Assembly (NCBI RefSeq): GCF_031769215.1
Contig: NW_026782535.1
Coordinates: 1 to 64,000, forward strand
Length of the DNA: 64,000 bases
Direction of reading: 5' to 3'
From: Ylistrum balloti
Taxonomy: Eukaryota
In this document: positions 11,385 to 22,620 of the stretch, piece after piece
How the letters are laid out: every line of letters starts with the position of its first letter
Numbering within the stretch: position 1 is the stretch's first letter
Made by a program: the position numbers and the translations under genes
The notes under the pieces: generated by a model
The model's database searches: none
The model's input: the letters and a program-made list of their open reading frames with translations, nothing else
Told to the model about the DNA's origin: nothing

Positions 11385-13268
11385 TGAGGACAGAACGTCT
11401 ATTGGTTTTGATGAGGTTTCCTCATAGAGTGAGATGAAGGGCTTTCATTTTTCCGTTTTGTGGGCTGGAGTATAGTGGTGCTTTTAATTTGTCTATCTAC
11501 TTATTCTTATGTATATAATGCAGTTAAAAAACTATTTCATTACTTCTTAAGAAAGTTATGAATGACATGAGAATGATATTAACTGGGTTCAAATATGTTA
11601 AAAGTGGCAAACTACCTTTTTTTGAACATATAGAACTATTACTATAGAACCTGATGATGAGAAGGGTCGTCTAGTCCTGATTAAATGAAAATGACCTGTC
11701 TCCATGATAACCTGGGTTGAATATGCTGGAAATTGAAACCAGAATAATCAGTTGCTATGTTTTGCATTAAAATACATTGTATATTTGGCGTTTAATAGCA
11801 ATTTGTTGACTTTGAGTGAACAACTTTCACAGTCAATTTGAATTTGTAATATTTTAGCAACTTCTTTCAATTAATCCCTGACACACCAGTATTGTAACTT
11901 CTATATTAAGATAAGCTGAAACACATGAATCAGGACACAAAATTCTGAATTGTATCTATGACCTATATATACTCTGAATATAAATGGGGGTCAAACAATG
12001 GAAAAAGAAGCCCTCAGGCCTGTACTGTCATCAGACTACAACCAACTAACTGGATTGTAAGAAGCGATGAGAATTATACATACAAAGCCTGCCAAGTTTG
12101 AAAGAGATCTGACTAAAACTGGGAGATGAAGTCTCTGCACAAAAATATTACTTAAAAAATAACAAGGGGCTGCAACTCTTCTAAAAATAGTGAAATCAAA
12201 ATTCTTTTCATGAAAATTTAACATCAATTTGGAAATTCAAGTCACGATATAAACATGTAACACTCTAAATATTTTATTTGAGAAGTATTTACATGAAGAG
12301 TTTAGTAGATGACACAGTATGGATGGACATACCCCTGACACAGTAACATAGAGGGTGACAGAGTGCAAACAAATCACTCCTCCATTAAAATACCAAAGGC
12401 CAATCAATAACTTTACTCTTGATCCAAGTTTAAGGTTACAGATGTATTCAACTGCATCAAAAGCATATGTTTAATATATAACAGCTGAAAGGCTTTGCTC
12501 CTCTTAACAAAAAAGAATAAAACAAGACGAGACATTCAATTAGACTGAACAATTTTTATTTTTATTTACATTTCATCTCACACCAGATGTTTATCCGTGC
12601 ATATATGACTGAATCCACAAGCTTATATATTTAACATTGATTTCTAAACCAATGTACTTTCAATGTCTATTTAATTTCAGAGCTTTTGTACAAAGAAAAT
12701 GTTTAGAAATATTTTCATTTAAATCATACACGTATACATCACAGTCAGAATAATGTACATTTGAGAAGGAATGGAGGAATTACAAATATTCCTGAAGTTA
12801 CATCACTGAACAAAATTCTCATCATTTTTCCAACCAGTCCTTATCCAATAGGCCTTACAATATCGCGGGGAAAAATAATGAAAACATCAATTATAATAAA
12901 TTGACATTGTAGCGACACCTTCATTCAGTATCGGTTACAATGAAAGTCATAAAATGTTCATACTGCATTCCCAACCACTGTTGATAAGGGATTGATAAAT
13001 GAATGAGACGAATTCTTGGATCTGACTCTTTTATCTCCATAACCTGAAATCAAACTTATGTAATTTTGCACAAGTTGACTGAACAACTTAAACAACAGAA
13101 AGCATATGTGTTTACACTGTGGTCAGTTGCTCCATACCCTGGTGTAACAGAGAATACAAACATATGTGAACTATTCATTTATAGCCAGCTGATCAATGAA
13201 AGTCACTTTGCAAGCCTTAAGGTCTTCCTTTTATTAATATAATTTTCCTTTTTATTCTTAAAGTTCAC

Positions 13269-16200
13269 TCAGTTTCGTTTAGCCAGCAGAGAAGGCTTGA
13301 TCTGATCAGGGGTCAACCCTCGTACACTGTACAGTCTCTCGGCACGTTGCTGTAGTGTCCCCCCACATTTCATTCCTCTGGCCATCAACTCCTTCTTCAA
13401 CTTGTCCAGACTTAAAGCCTCAAGCTCCTGAACAGATGAAATACTGTCAAGATCCAATGGTTCGTCCTGCAAAGCAGAAATAAAGGCAGGTCACTTAAAC
13501 AGAAAGTATCAGAAAGTTTAAATACCATCTCTAGATCAGCAACCATAAAAAATCACCATCTTCAAAACACTCTTTTCAAATGTACTTCATTTTTCTTGTT
13601 ATGAACAGACTTTTTCATCCACTGTTTACTGCATAAAGGGAGATAACTCAGGCATTTTGCAAACAAACCTACTTAATCAGAAAAATAAGAAATGAAACAT
13701 TTTCCCTCCAATAAAGTTTGTCAGTCATGATTGAGAAAATATATGGAACATCTTTTAATAATAAGATTTTACACCTCCTTTTCCATACATATAAATTTCA
13801 TATTTCTTGATTGAAATTAAAAGAAAAATATGTGTGTATCACAAATATCAATTTTGATAAAATTCAAAGATTTAGCATTCTCACTTGCTCTGATTCCTTC
13901 TCCTGCTGCAATGCTTCTTTGTGTTTTGGTGGAACTTCCCCTAATGCTTTTAGCAGGCTGTTTTTACTGCTACTTGAATTACTGTCTTTTACTGTGTCAG
14001 TCTTTCCGGTGTTTGAATCCTCTGAATTCTTGTTTGTGTCATTTTCTGTACAGTTAAAATCACTTTCAGGTGAGTGCTTTATAGCATCTGTTTCCTGTTC
14101 ACCATTGTCTTTACATTGTGTATCACTGTTGTTTGATCTGGAATCTTGGGACACCTTTCTTGACATTGTACAAGACATATCATCTCCATCTGGATCACTA
14201 TCACTCAGATCTTCCATGTCAATACCAAGCCTGAAAAATAGTCACTAGTTTTACCAAAATTCTGTAAGGTGCTATAGAAGTGTTTTACATAAATACTCTG
14301 ATTTTCTCTCTATGAAATGTTCTGTTGTAAAATCTATGATCAGTTTAATATCCACTTTCAAAGGACTAATTCATGTAAAAGAAAAAAATATATTAACCCT
14401 CCAAACACTGCTTTAAAGAAAACTTTGGTTTGAATATTCATTTCGAAAGATTTAGTTCTTACTTTCCATGCAATGCTTTGTTCCATTCTTTCTAACCATT
14501 TACCTATAAGACAAGTAATTAAACTGCTCAATTACTACAATGACTTACAAAAGGATCATTTAAACATATGAATATGCATGATTAAATATGCATGAGGTGT
14601 GGAAATTTGTAATGTTTGTCTTTCTAAATGTATATGAAATGTCTATGACATTTCTATACATCAAACCTACCACTCTGTGGCTTTTTTCACTTTAGCCGAT
14701 TTGTGTGGATGTGATTCTGCCGTCCTTTTCCGACACCCAGAGGAACTGGAGGAAACTGGGGCTGCTCCAAGACTGTGTGATGGACCTGACAAAGTTTGTG
14801 CCTTTTGCAACCCTGTTAAATAAATTGTAACGTTAAAAAAAAAAAAAACAAAATAAAAAACAAAATAAAAACAAAAAACAACAGGGAATGCTGGAAATGG
14901 TTGACCATGTACACAGATTATATAAATCGCAAAAGTCCTTTTTAATCACACAACAAAACAGACAGAATTACAGTACGTATTCATCTTTCACTGAGATTGA
15001 AATGAAAGGAATAGATATGAAGAATGGAAATGGAAACCATGACACAACACATGCTTCAACAAATCTTCCTGACAAAAATATGTGTTGTCAAAATCATCCT
15101 CAATACTCCAGGTGTTGTGCTCTCTCACCCCTGGAACATTTAATGGCAAAATTGAAGTTTCCATACATATCAAATAAATTTTGTGGCCAAATAACAGTAT
15201 GATGTAGTGGCTTTGAAGTTGTGTGTCACTCCTTTGTAATCTTCAAAGATATGAATCAGGCTGTGATTGGTCAGTTTTTCTTTACTGAAACTCACTCTAG
15301 ACCAATCAAATTACTTCTCTTGTGCATTCAACTTCGTGGTGAAATGTTTCAGGGGTGCAGAGTGTGATAGTGAGTGTGACCTCAGAGGTAATGAAAATGT
15401 ATCAACATATAATATAATTCCAATGACTTAAAATACATCAGAACCACTGTTAACATGTATTCTGTTTTCTCAATTATCACAATTTCACCAAAAACGACTA
15501 AAGTTTTACCTTTTTGCAGAGCATTCTCTAAATTTTCAGCAACCAGATTTTTTTGTTGATCGTACTGTGGATCATCAAATTTATGATTCGGCATAGCTCG
15601 TCTTTTGGCCAGTCTCTCCTGTCTTTTTTCTTCCTCTTCCTTCTCCTTTTGAGCTTTCTTTCCAATCCATTCCTTTAACCTTAGATCAAGAAAATCATAA
15701 AAACACTGTACCAATATGAGTATTTTAATTAACTATATGTGATATTGTTTGTGAAGTTCAAAACATGATTTAAAAACATTATGGTTCAGAAACTTCTGTT
15801 ACATATATTGAGAACTGCAAATATTTTCAATACCAAGTGATGCAATCAACTAGATCACATGAGCTTCTTCATCACATGATTTCATAAGTATACACATGAA
15901 TTGTACAAAATCATATATCACCAAAGAGACATGTTACATATCAGTGTGATACAATTCATTTCTGCCAGTTTTTGTCAGTGATTTTTTCCCTTACTGTTTT
16001 TCGTTATTAACATCTCTCATACGCCTTCCACTCAAGTCTCGACATGCTTCGTGGTTGGTGGTTTTCTCAATCTGGGCTCCAATGGCACGCAGCATGGAAC
16101 CAAACCCTGTGAAAAGATAAATTTAATAATACACATCTTTACATCAGTTATAATGATATAATACAGGGCTCTCACATCCCATTTTGGGACTGGGGCCTGG

Positions 16201-17349
16201 GGCCCTTAGAATTGGGAAAAATAATGGTGTTTTCCTTAGAATTGGGAAAACTTGGGGTCTAAATTGGGTAAAAAAGATACTATTTTGCATTGGGATTCGG
16301 CCCCAAATCTGGCAGATTGAGAGCCCTGAAATATTCTAAATTAGATTTAAAAGAATACTTAAAATTCTGATAAAAATTAAGCAAAATCATTCACTAAAAA
16401 TCTTTTATCAGATAAAACTTTAAAAATCTAGTTTTATGATGAGAAATAAATATGGCACAACATATTGTATCTAAGTTCACATAACTGGTAGACCACTTCC
16501 ATTTACTCAAAATAAAAAGTTTTAAACCATGTTTCCAGTCTAGCATTTTAACATTCTCAGTGATATATACTGTAGCTGTGTGATATAGAATACCTCCTTT
16601 GCCCCCCAGTAGCCTTGGGATGACATGGTACACTCTACCAGATTGTAGAATATCATCAAAATGGATCACTTTTCCATTACTTGTCAAATAAACATCATCT
16701 TCTGGAAAGTCCTGAAAACAAATGTGTATATTGTTAATTATTTCTGATATTATTGTTCAATAAAATAACGTACATGTGTGAGTTAAGCATGGAAAATTGG
16801 CAACAGTCTTCACATATATGTATCTAGCTAAACATTTCATCAGCAAGATATACATAACTCAAAAAAAACTACGAGAAGGAATAAAATGTGTCACCAAAAT
16901 CATGAAACATATCCCGAATCAGAGAACATTCAATGCTGTACTACTGAGATATTTATCGTGTCACTGAACAGCCTGCAGGGTTCGCTTTCTTGGATTGGTG
17001 GACACGTGTGCGACATATTTTGATACTAAAATCGACTGGGGTGAGCAATCCTGTTATTCATTACAGATATACTCAGTGTAGACGTGATAACCTAGTCGGT
17101 AAATCTGCTCATTATAGATATGTATATTGATGTGACATGCTAAACAAGTAGCTTCAGCTAAGCATCGGTACCTGCGCTCAGCTACTCTATCAGAATTTAC
17201 ACCAAATAAGATATTTAAATTACCGGTTTAGAAGAACAGAACGATTTAGATAAATTACGAAACGTAATGTTTCCATCCTGGACAAGGAAATAAGTACAGT
17301 TATTCCCAAATAAATGATCTATGATACAAATATTGCTGTTCATTTTCAT
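13269..17349 (-). CDS. SDE2: SDE2 (ubiquitin-fold-activated splicing/replication-stress regulator)
   Basis: Seven exons in consistent phase: 17224-17349, 16594-16711 (...[10 protein letters not shown]), 15995-16106 ([37 protein letters not shown]), 15510-15679, 14671-14812, 13885-14230 (acidic linker) and 13269-13466 ([38 protein letters not shown]-terminal SAP-like domain). The [12 protein letters not shown] signature is diagnostic. Confidence 0.95.
15103..15391. mobile_element. ~290-bp MITE with degenerate inverted termini in an SDE2 intron (same family as 11319 and 31003)
   Basis: The left end ATACTCCAGGTGTTGTGCTCTCTCACCCCTGGAACATTT is inverted relative to the right end AAATGTTTCAGGGGTGCAGAGTGTG.... 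The internal CTAGACCAATCAAATTACTTC is shared with 30985-31006. Confidence 0.55.
16164..16328. mobile_element. hAT-like MITE in an SDE2 intron
   Basis: It has an 11-bp perfect TIR CAGGGCTCTCA...TGAGAGCCCTG and a GC-richer interior. The 8-bp flanks ATATAATA and AAATATTC match only 5/8, so the TSD is degenerate. Confidence 0.6.
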
Positions 17350-17895
17350 TCAGAAGTCGTCGATTTCGAAAACAGGATATAAAACATTTGTTGTAACAAG
17401 CAAGTAGGACACGGGACCAGTGATCCGGATCTTAAAGCAGTCGTCCATGATTTGTTGAAGAAAACGCTCATTTGAGTATCTTATGTACTTAATCAATTAT
17501 TTTGTACGGATTTTCAGACCTAAAAAGGCTTACTTCCCAACTATTTGGGCATAGATATTGAATTTTTTCCGGGAGAAAATCTTAAAAAGAAGTAAATTAC
17601 CAATAACAGCAACAGAGAGCACGATAAGATGAACCAAAATGTAATTTTTACAACAATGAAGCAATGTCTTAGTCAGTCAGTAATTTCAAATTTCTTTCAA
17701 AACTGGTCAGGATTTTTTTTTTTTTTTTTTCGGTCTGGTCCGGAATGATTTTTTTATTTTAAGTTTTTCTGTTTATTTTCCCTCCCGGCATGCATTGCGG
17801 TATAGTGAACGTTCCGGGAAATTATGAAGAGGCAGGAGGTGATACGCATTCCACTGCAGCATCGGTAGCACATACATTCCGATTGAACTTTTAAC
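17350..17895. promoter_or_regulatory. Probable shared (bidirectional) promoter/5' UTR region between SDE2 and the ADAM gene
   Basis: The divergent start codons are only 546 bp apart. This is inferred from geometry; no TSS data are available. Confidence 0.45.
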
Positions 17896-20388
17896 ATGTT
17901 TTCATATCTTCTCATCTTCACTGTATCATTAGCGTTTATAAATGATATATCAAATGTCGATTGCTTTCATAACGAGTACAAATCTAACTCCGCATTTTTG
18001 TGGAAACAAACTGTTTCTCATGGAAAGGAAATGAACAATGAGAGAACAGACGAGAATATTCGAGCTTTCGTAAAAGACTACAAAACTGTTGTGCTGAATA
18101 TTTCAGACCACAAGCCATCGTCAACTAAAACGGACCATACTTATGCCGATAAGATAATCAGATTCACTGCATACGAGAAGAATTTTACTTTGATTCTGAA
18201 TCGAGACAGAAGTGTCTTGTCGCCTGTTTTGACTGTAACTATGGGAGGGTCGGTGTGGTTTGGCAGTCAGCTCTCAGCTATGGGAATAGCTTCAGTGTTA
18301 TCTGGGAGAGTCGAGGGAGTAAAAAGCTCGTACGTATTTGGAAAAATACACGGAGGGTCATTTGACGGTATTGTACAGATTGAAGGCGAAGTGTTTTATA
18401 TAGAACCTATGTCTAAGTATATCTCGGATATCCTGATAGAAAACAGTTCTTATGAAATATGTATCATTTATAAGAAAGTGGATTTGGTGGACCAAAAAGA
18501 TTCTGTTCAATTTAAACAAAAGAAACATTGTCAAACTATGAACAGCACAGAAATTCAAGCGCCGAGGGTTTTGACCAGTGCTCGAAACAAAAGTTCCAGA
18601 GCAAAACGATCAGCGATTTTCTCGTATTCATGTTCACTCCATGTAGTCGTTGATCATACATTCTTTATCAACGTGGGCCAGTCCTCGCGTTTTCAAACTA
18701 TCGCTGAAATACTGTACCTTGTGGGAAGTGCAGATCATATTTTCAGAAGTACTGACTTTGACGGAGATAGTAAAGGCGACAATGTGGGTTTTACTATCAC
18801 AGCAATCACAATATACACTAACGAAACGGAGAAAGATTACAGAATGGCTGAAAACACTGACGTCTATGAATACCTCAACCAATTTTCTAAATATAATTTC
18901 GACGATTTCTGCCTCGGCGTAGCGTTCACGTTCCGCGACTTTGAAGACGGAATTGTTGGCCTCGCGTGGATTGGAAATTCTGATGTCTTTGGACCTCCTG
19001 GTGGAATATGTCAGACACGAATTAGTTTGTCTGGGGAAATATTCAACTTTAATACAGCTCTTGTAACCATGTTAAGTTACGGAAGTAGAGTACCGAGCTA
19101 CCGAGCAGCCCTGACGCTAGCGCATGAATTTGGACATAGTTTCGGTAGCAATCATGACGATGCGACGAACTTGATTTGTGCACCAGGGAACCAGATGGGG
19201 AACTATATAATGTATCCTTATGCAGCTGATGGTTCCAAACCAAATAACAATCAGTTTTCAAGTTGTAGTTTAAGTCAAATCTATCCGGTCATTGTAAACA
19301 AGGGTACCTGTCTGCGAACTGAAGTTGGACCAGTTTGTGGCAACGGTATGGTAGAGGCAGGGGAAGAGTGTGATTGCGGCAGTTCCAGAATATGTGCTTT
19401 CTATAGTGATTTGTGCTGCGTCCCTTCTGATGTCACAAATGAAGTCGATAGGCCGTGCACTTTGCGGAGAGATCAGGGTAGAATTTGCTCTTGGACACTC
19501 TCTCCATGTTGCAATAAGAATTGCACCTATATTCCAGCAGCTAAAAGGCACAAATGTTCTGAGGCATCTCAGTGTAAAGAAGAGTCGTTCTGCGATGGAA
19601 CCAGCGAAGATTGTCCCGACGTGTCGTTTTCACTAGATGGCGCTACCTGTGACGATGGAAAGAAAACGTGCAAGGATGGTTCATGTGTTAGAAGTATATG
19701 CGAGTCGAGAGGCATGTTCGCATGTCATTGTACTGAAGATGACGAAAGCATGTGTATGCTGTGTTGTCGTTCCAACAACTCTACAAAATGCCATCCCGCA
19801 CATAATTTTGGTCTTCTAGGGACTTCCGGTGAGATCCTTTTCAAAGATGCTGGTGAAACATGCTACAGCAATACCGGCGTTTGTAACAAAGATCACCAAT
19901 GTATCCTTAATAACCCTAACGATGTCATAAAACGACTTGGAAAAATGTTTAACGATGATAGTTTAGAGGATATCAAAACTTGGTTAACAAATTACTGGTA
20001 TTACATTGTGATTTCTGTAGTAGGTCTCGCTATTTTGGTCATGATTTCCATTTTGACGAAGAAGAAACTTGATAATACTCATATCGACGCTTATCGTATG
20101 GGTAGATTATTGCGAGTCACCGAACAAGCCAACATGGAGAAAGAGCGACAGAAACGACAATTTGAGGAACTTGAGGAAAAATTTAATGAGAAAATACGGA
20201 AGGTTAAGGAATGTGTTGTTCAGCGAGAGTTTACCGAGGCCGTGTCTAGACTTGTAAACTTATTCCCAACGGCGGAAACCGGAACTATAGCTGATATATG
20301 CCGGAAGTGTACTTCGGAAGATGTAGCCGTCAGACTCCTCCTCATGAAGGGTTATCCAATCAGACGAATGGTTGCATCTCACCAATGA
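17896..20388 (+). CDS. ADAM10: Intronless ADAM10-like disintegrin metalloprotease (830 aa) with an atypical cytoplasmic tail
   Basis: A single ORF encodes a signal peptide, an ADAM10-like prodomain (GSFDGIVQIEGEVFYIEP), a furin site RAKR, DDFCLGVAFTFRDFEDGIVGLAWIG, the zinc motif HEFGHSFGSNHD, the Met-turn GNYIMYPYA, a disintegrin domain (CGNGMVEAGEECDCG), a Cys-rich/membrane-proximal CMLCC and a TM helix WYYIVISVVGLAILVMISIL. Orthology versus paralogy is not established. Confidence 0.93.
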   Translation: MFSYLLIFTVSLAFINDISNVDCFHNEYKSNSAFLWKQTVSHGKEMNNERTDENIRAFVKDYKTVVLNISDHKPSSTKTDHTYADKIIRFTAYEKNFTLILNRDRSVLSPVLTVTMGGSVWFGSQLSAMGIASVLSGRVEGVKSSYVFGKIHGGSFDGIVQIEGEVFYIEPMSKYISDILIENSSYEICIIYKKVDLVDQKDSVQFKQKKHCQTMNSTEIQAPRVLTSARNKSSRAKRSAIFSYSCSLHVVVDHTFFINVGQSSRFQTIAEILYLVGSADHIFRSTDFDGDSKGDNVGFTITAITIYTNETEKDYRMAENTDVYEYLNQFSKYNFDDFCLGVAFTFRDFEDGIVGLAWIGNSDVFGPPGGICQTRISLSGEIFNFNTALVTMLSYGSRVPSYRAALTLAHEFGHSFGSNHDDATNLICAPGNQMGNYIMYPYAADGSKPNNNQFSSCSLSQIYPVIVNKGTCLRTEVGPVCGNGMVEAGEECDCGSSRICAFYSDLCCVPSDVTNEVDRPCTLRRDQGRICSWTLSPCCNKNCTYIPAAKRHKCSEASQCKEESFCDGTSEDCPDVSFSLDGATCDDGKKTCKDGSCVRSICESRGMFACHCTEDDESMCMLCCRSNNSTKCHPAHNFGLLGTSGEILFKDAGETCYSNTGVCNKDHQCILNNPNDVIKRLGKMFNDDSLEDIKTWLTNYWYYIVISVVGLAILVMISILTKKKLDNTHIDAYRMGRLLRVTEQANMEKERQKRQFEELEEKFNEKIRKVKECVVQREFTEAVSRLVNLFPTAETGTIADICRKCTSEDVAVRLLLMKGYPIRRMVASHQ

Positions 20389-20656
20389 ACGGTCATATGT
20401 GAAAACAATCTGTCGCTAGCAGATTTTCATTTAGCAACCTCATATAACGTGGCTTAATTTGTGTTTCGTTTGACGTCGAGTCAGGGAAAAACGCGTCTGT
20501 CTTATGGAATCAATTGACCTTGATTAATATTGAGTTTGAAGTTAGACAATTAAATATCCACAAGTTTGTTTGATCACATGGCAATTTGTGCTGGATGTTT
20601 TTGGTTTTTCATTAAAACAACCACTGTCATAGTTAGGAGTGTTAACTTTTCTGGTA

Positions 20657-20959
20657 TTTTTATGCCGCTGATGTGTTATATTTAGGAAGGCAGGATATAG
20701 TGTGTTACTTATGTCCGTCCGTCCGCTCCGTTCCGTCACCGTCACCCGTCGTGTCTCGTTCTGGATCAATGTAATTTCTTAAAATCTCTCAATATATATA
20801 ATTTGGTTGATAACCACCCTTTGGTATCATAATATCAAGTTCTACAATTCATCATATCAAGGAGGTCATCGGTCACTGTTGAAGAGTCAAAGGTCACAAT
20901 GAACAACTTATGCAAACAGTCTGGAACGGGGGCATTCGTATCTTATAAACACTTGTTTT
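20657..20959 (+). mobile_element. Helentron-associated non-autonomous element (HINE/DINE-1-like)
   Basis: T-rich start TTTTTATGCCGC, internal (GTCC)n microsatellite, and a 3' subterminal GGGGGCATTC followed by a CTTGTTTT end. This is the layout I recall for bivalve HINEs. Confidence 0.5.
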
Positions 20960-22039
20960 CCTACAGATATTATGGGTTCAAACAAATTTTATAAATATTT
21001 CACTTCCATTTCAGGAGTAAAATCTAATGACGTACTTACAATTCATTATTGATAAGAAAGCATTTCTTGAAAGACGACATCAAACAAGCATACCATGAAC
21101 TTTAACGAGGATTTACTGACAACAGCCTGAAGGATGAGTGGAATTTGTGGTTGGTTTGTCTGGAGTGGTCTAACGAGTTTTTAAAGATGACCTAATGTAT
21201 TACTCGACGTTTAAAGTACAGAGAAATTCCTACCGATGTTGAGATATATAGCACTATCTACTACAGTTTAACAAAGTGTTCTTCGGTGACGAGCATTCGA
21301 TAAGAAATTCGTTGTGGATATCTGTTTTTAACGGAATATTTTTCTGAAGTGAGAATGAGATTTTTGAGACAAAAAAAAAACTTCGTTCTATAAGAACAAT
21401 TTTACACTCTATGTGTTCTGTTTTCATGTCACAGTTTATATCAAAAATGCATATTTAATGTTTAGGCCGTTAATCTGCTAATCGAGGGACGATTCTCAAT
21501 CAAGCACACCGCTACGCGATGTGTTTCGAGACGACCCCTCTACAGCTAAAAGGAAGTTGAAGGTACAAGTTAAAAACGGATCTGTAATTTTTGGTATTAA
21601 ATGGAATCGGCAGGTATAGTTGAGGCAATTGATTTAATTGCAGATCACAAAGTGTTGATTTCGACAGTTGTCGGATCAGGTAAGCTTGCTCGGTTATTAT
21701 TTAAACACTATGGCACAAGAATCAAACACTAGAATTAAACCCAACTGGACTCTGAGCGTAACCTCTGCATGCATGATTGCCTACACATGGGTTGGCTCGA
21801 TTTATATTTCGCCAAGTTGAATCCGCAGGATTGCTAATCGATCGGAGTAAAAATTTTGCCGCTGCACTCTGATTGGTGACCTCGGCAACAGACTAATTGA
21901 TAAAATTGGGAGGTGCAAATAAGCAGAGAAAAACGTCATTATAAGTGTTATTATGTCAGTAAAATTTGTATGAATATCGACGATAGAAAACATGAGTCAT
22001 CGACAGAGTTCAATTTTAACATATTTGGAAACAAATATA

Positions 22040-22108
22040 GAACATTGCTGTGTGCCTTTCGATGACCATATGGGTATACCTGGAAACGAAACTGTAAAAC
22101 GAGCAAAA
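22040..22108 (+). mobile_element. Retroelement RNase H relic
   Basis: Translates to CVPFDDHMGIPGNETVKRAK, resembling the WVPxHxGIPGNExADxLAK RNase H motif. The upstream frame is broken. Confidence 0.4.
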
Positions 22109-22620
22109 TAAATTATATACTAAGTTCTGGATGTTTAACATAAAATATGTGCAGTTATGAACCCTTACGAACTAAAATTTTAACACATTGATTTGTCGTG
22201 TTAATGTCACGCGGCTATGTTATAAATATCGTAAGACACACGTATAATGACACTACTGTGACGTCATAGATAAGTCACATTTTGATAACATCTTATAATG
22301 GTCTCGATACTGAAAAAAAAACGTACCGTCCGCGTTGAAATAAATATATACAATTGTTCTATAGGGAAACTGATCTGTAAGCTTTCGATTATTTCCCGGA
22401 AGTGCGGGCAATGTGACAAACAGAACGTTATATATGTAATTTATCAGTTTGTTATATAATTGTATATGTCACTTGCTGGAATGCTCGTAACATGTCAAAT
22501 TATTGAACTCGTTTAATTAATCTTAATATATCGACGCTCCTGAATTCCCTTTATGTCTGAAATGATCTATTTTAACAGTAATATCAATCGATGTTTAATT
22601 TATTGTATATTCATATATAA

